In this document: piece by piece, positions 62,753-64,000 of the stretch | Numbering within the stretch: position 1 is the first letter of the stretch | How the letters are laid out: every line of letters starts with the position of its first letter | Assembly (NCBI GenBank): GCA_038087875.1 | Contig: CM075987.1 | Span: forward strand, 17,672,001 to 17,736,000 | Source: Malacoraja senta | Taxonomy: Eukaryota | DNA length: 64,000 nt | Direction: 5' to 3' | Notes under the pieces: model-generated | What the model saw: only the letters and a program-made list of their open reading frames with translations | Told to the model about the DNA's origin: nothing | Database searches by the model: none | Translations under genes and position numbers: made by a program

Positions 62753-63413
62753 TGTGACAATAAACTAAACTAAACCTCCATGCCTCAGGTGCAGTTGAAC
62801 AGCAGCCAGCAGCATCCCGAGGGCCCTACTGTTTACTGTCTACCCAATCATCACTCGACCTAGGCTCATACAGCACGAAAACAGGCCCTTCAGCCCAACT
62901 TGGCCATGTCAACAATGGTACCCCATCTAAGTTAGCCCCACATTTGGTCCATATCCCTCTAAATGCCTCAACTGCCTCCCCTGGCAGCTCATTCCATATA
63001 CCCACCACCCTCTGTGTATAATGTGCCCCTCAGTTTCTCACAAAATCTATCCTCTCTCACCTTAAACCCATGTTCTCTGTTTTTATCTTCTCTCTGGGAA
63101 AAAAATTATCTATTTACCCATGATTTTTGAATCCTCCCAAATTGCATCATCTTATTAAAAGACATTTGGACAGCTATATGGATAGGAAGTTTACAGGGAT
63201 ATTGGCCAGATGCGGGCCTTCCAGCCCAGAATGCCAACATGATTGGCATGGACATGGTGGGCCAAACATCTCATACATCTATCTCTGCCTCCAAATACTG
63301 AGCCAATTTTAGGATCCAGTTGGCAGCCATTCCTTCAACCAACCAAGACAAATGACTAATGACCAAGACATGGAAATTAATACAGTTTAGCGGATGCAGA
63401 AACGATGATTACG

Positions 63414-64000
63414 ATTTTTTCCCCGTTTTTTTTCTTTTTTAATTTTTTATTAGAGGTATCTGCATATCATAGTCCAACGCAATACAAACTTTGTATAACG
63501 ATTACATATTAGGTATCCAGGGTTCCGGGTACCCAGTTACCAAAGTAGCTGGGGTCCTCCTTTATCGGTTACATATTAACGTTGCCTCTAATTATTTATT
63601 TATATTTATACATAAGAAAAATAAAGAAATAAAGAAAAGAAATTTAAAAAGTAAGATAAACTATCAATAATACAACTTAGGAGATAGGTCCATAGGTCAG
63701 AAAACGTAACTATTCATCTAGACCTGGGTTCGGGTTTCAGTCAGGCCTCCTCGCCGGCCCAGTCTACCCCTTCAGATAATCTATAAATGGAGACAATATT
63801 TTAGTAAATAATTCTGGTTTGTCAATTATGACATATCTAATTTTTTCCAAATATAAGGTCTCCGACATCTCCATAATTCACATCTTAATTGTGGGGGTTG
63901 CAGGATTTTTCCAAAATTTTAATATTAATTTTTTCCCAATTATTACACTGTAGTGAAGGAAATTTCTTTGTTTTTTTGTAAGTTTTAGATATTGTTCTGA
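63414..64000 (-). mobile_element. L1 3' end (third subfamily), running off the window
   Basis: Poly-T tail. The minus strand encodes GKKLILKFWKNPATPTIKM...PFIDYLKG* (stop at 63764-63766). Confidence 0.8.

Overview
Vertebrate genomic DNA, most likely from a cartilaginous fish (skate/ray-type repeat landscape; this is an inference). The window is dominated by nested transposable elements: CR1/HER1-type LINEs, L1, Rex1/Babar, L2, an RTE derivative, Penelope (Neptune-type GIY-YIG), tRNA-derived SINEs, a Tc1 transposon, and hAT and PIF/Harbinger MITEs. It also has several minisatellites and a 200-N gap at 7089-7288. Most listed ORFs are TE-derived or repeat artefacts. Hidden among them are spliced exons of ADAM-family metalloproteases on the + strand. 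The first set is the Cys-rich/EGF end of one gene (5701-6699, with a possible terminal exon at 8507-8808 that encodes no clear TM helix). The second set is the signal peptide plus prodomain of a following gene (six phase-compatible exons, 32362-54134, with an apparent 1-nt frameshift in exon 6). The most unusual structures are a CR1 insertion flanked by a 150-bp target duplication, an ~850-bp inverted duplication that crosses Penelope/CR1/SINE junctions, and minimal hammerhead-ribozyme-like motifs in the Penelope tails. TE boundaries are approximate unless a TSD or TIR is quoted.
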